From Zygnema circumcarinatum SAG 698-1b (Eukaryota > Plantae > Zygnematophyceae): a DNA stretch of 64,000 nucleotides. The notes below the pieces were generated by a model. That model was not told where the DNA came from. It saw nothing but the letters and a program-made list of their open reading frames with translations, and searched no databases. Position numbers and translations under genes: made by a program. This document shows positions 61,784-64,000 of this stretch, piece after piece (the first letter of the stretch is position 1; every line of letters starts with the position of its first letter). The stretch lies in assembly GCA_037447605.1 (NCBI GenBank), contig CM074818.1:1128617-1192616 (forward strand), read 5' to 3'.

Positions 61784-62981
61784 GGAGAACTATATACCGC
61801 CCCCCTTTTTTGGTTATCCCGCCACTGTTTTTTTGAAATCCGGCCCTCCCATTTCGGCTATTCTGCCCCCCTCCCCCATTTTGGATATTTCGGGAGGAGA
61901 TCGCCCCCCTGTTTTGAATATTTGTTCCCCTCCCCTGCCCTCACCCTCCCCTTCCCTCCCCTGCCCTCCCCCTCCCCTTCCCTCCCCTCCCCNNNNNNNN
62001 NNCCTGCCCACCCCTCCCTTCCCTTCTTCCTCTCGGTTTGCGAGTTTTTCTATATTTAGGAACTTTTTATTCTCTTTTTATCCTTTTTCTTTTGGTGGGT
62101 GTGAAGCTCTGTCATGATGTAATGGTTGGCTTGCTTGCTTGCTCTCTCTTCTCTCTCTCTCTCTTTCTCTCTCTCTCTCCTCAGTCTTTCTCTCCCCTAC
62201 TCTCTCCTCTGCTCATTCTCTCTCTCTCCTTTGCTCTCTCCTGTGCTCTCTCCTCTAGTCTCTCTCTCCTTTGCTCTCTCTTGTGCTCTCTCCTCTAGTC
62301 TCTCTCTCCTTTGCTCTCACTCTACTCACTCTCTCTCTCTCGTTTGCTCTCTCCTCTGCTCATTCTCTCTCTCCTTTGCTCTCTCCTCTAGTCTCTCTCT
62401 CCTCTACTCTCACTCCTCTGCTCTTTCTCTCTCCTCTATACTCTCTCTCCTCGGCTCTCGCTCCTTTGCTCTCTCTCTCTTCTCTCTCCTTTGCTCTCTC
62501 CTGTAGTCTCTCTCCTCTGCTCTCACTCTGCTCTCTCTCTCTCTCTCTCTTTCTCCCTCTCTTTCTCTCTTTCTCTCTCTCTCTCCTCTGCTCTCTCTCC
62601 TCTGCTCTCTCTCCTCTAGTCTTTCTCTCCTCTACTCTCTCTCCTTTGCTTTCTCTTGTGCTCTCTACTCTAGTCTCTCTCTCGTTTGCTCTCACTCCTC
62701 TGCTCATTCTCTCTCTCCTTTGCTCTCTCCTGTGCTCTCTACTCTAGTCTCTCTCCTTTGCTCTCACTCCTCTGCTCACTCTCTTTCTCTCCTTTGCGCT
62801 CTCTCTCGAACCTTGCGCTGATGTGTGAGAAGGAGAAAACGGGGGGGAAATATCCAAAATGGGGGGGGGGGGGCGGGATATTTCAAAACAGGGGGCAGAA
62901 TAGCCGAAATGGGAGGGTCGGATTTCAAAAAAACAGTGGCGGGATAACCAAAAAGGGGGGGGGGGCGGTATATAGTTCTCC
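61784..62981. mobile_element. Non-autonomous MULE with perfect 9-bp TSD and CT-rich tandem cargo
   Basis: Long TIR starting GGAGAACTATATACCGCCCCCCC; TAATTAAAA immediately on both sides (61775-61783, 62982-62990); interior 62140-62810 is a degenerate CT-rich tandem array. Confidence 0.88.
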
Positions 62982-63139
62982 TAATTAAAAGGAAAATTAG
63001 AGAGGATGTTGCATTCATGCTGCAGGCGCCGTTTCTATGCTCACGTTTTGAATGGAGGTCCGTTAAATGGCATGCGCAAGATGAATGAGAGTGGGCTGTC
63101 GTTCTGTCGTAGACAAGATGAATGAGATGGTTGTAGGGA

Positions 63140-64000
63140 TTGAGAGAGGGAGGAGGGAATTGGGAGGTAGGAGAGCGAGAGGGAGCTAGAGAGGTGAAGG
63201 GTGGAGGGGGGAGCGGGAGGGGAGGGAGGGAGGGAGTGGGAGTGGAGGGAGGAGGGAGGAGGGAGAGGGAGAGGGAGTGAGACGTAGAGGGAATGGAGGA
63301 TGGGAGAAAGGTGGGAGTCTTCGAGATGCCTCTGTAGAAAAAATGGCAGAGGCGCCGTCGAGCGGACCCGTGGGAAGAGAGGGAAAGACAGGAGGATTCA
63401 GGATGTCTCGGTAGACATAATATGGGAATTGAGCGAGAGAAAAAGAGAGAAAGGGACGGGGAGGGAAAGTCGGGGACAATTGTGAACCCTTGAAAGGTTT
63501 CGTTAGTCGTAATGGCGGTTACCAACAAGCCTTGACGACTATTATGTACATCACCACCTATCGGCTGATGTCCCTGGCGGTAATGGGGGAGGGGTGGGAG
63601 AGAGAGTGAGCGGGGGGGAAGGGAGAGGTGTGGGGGTAGAGAGTGAGAGGGTGGGAAGATAGAGGGAGGGGTTAGGAGCGAGAGGGAGAGAGGTGGGGGG
63701 GGGGAGAGAGGAAGCAGGCTGAGTGGTAAGGGTGAGCGAGAAACTGCACAGGAGAGAGGTGGAGGGAGGGGTTAGGGAAAGGGGAAGGCTGAGGGGAAAG
63801 AGCAGAGGGGAAGAAGGCGGTGATGGGAGTGGGAGCAGAAGTGGGATAGTTAGGGGTGGTGGCGGAGTGAAGGAGAAGTGGGAGCAGTGGGGGGGGGGAG
63901 GACGAGGCAGGAGATGTGGGGAGAGTGAGAGAGGTGAAGACTGAGAAGAGGGGGAGAGGGGGAACGGGAGAGGAAGAGTGAGAGGAGATCCGAAGGGGAG
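63140..64000 (+). repeat. GA-rich low-complexity region
   Basis: Purine-rich, (GA/GGA)-dominated sequence with a small unique island at about 63480-63580. Confidence 0.7.

Noticed and set aside
207-62002. Runs of exactly 10 N (near 207, 628 and 61993)
   Set aside because: Assembly or scaffolding gaps in C-rich low-complexity tracts, not biology. They may hide frameshifts in the GTF3C5 5' region.
62038-62988. L/S-rich hydrophobic ORFs resembling membrane proteins and an antisense R/E-rich ORF
   Set aside because: Translations of the CT tandem array inside the MULE.
63480-63580. Unique island within the GA-rich tail (GHQPIGGDVHNSRQG..., vaguely endonuclease-like GGD motif)
   Set aside because: Too short and ambiguous; may be an exon of a gene outside the window but cannot be supported.

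Overview
Eukaryotic nuclear DNA: GC-rich, gene-dense and intron-rich (GT-AG), with a few 10-N gaps in low-complexity tracts. The gene families are plant-type, so this is probably a streptophyte green alga or early-diverging plant (inference; species not determinable). Genes reconstructed by hand from exons, left to right: TFIIIC Tau95/GTF3C5 (+, 5'-partial), TAF6 (-), GDP1-like G-patch protein (+), a disordered orphan (+), CTL/PNS1 choline-transporter-like protein (+), a small UBA-domain orphan (+), plastid DUF1997 protein (+), FKBP20-1 (+), GH13 alpha-amylase (-), two tandem GH81 endo-beta-1,3-glucanases (-) and an At1g13390-family protein (-). The most striking non-coding structure is a five-element nested DNA-transposon stack at 26.1-28.6 kb: a hAT element contains a TA-flanked Tc1/pogo MITE, which contains a fold-back MULE, which contains a second Tc1/pogo MITE; another MULE lies beside them inside the hAT. 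Also present are further MULE/hAT insertions with readable TSDs, a dispersed hairpin-containing ~90-bp repeat, and two kinds of interstitial telomere-like repeat. Coordinates and exon models were read by eye; family assignments come from remembered motifs, not database searches. No prokaryotic-type systems (CRISPR, rRNA, tRNA) were seen.
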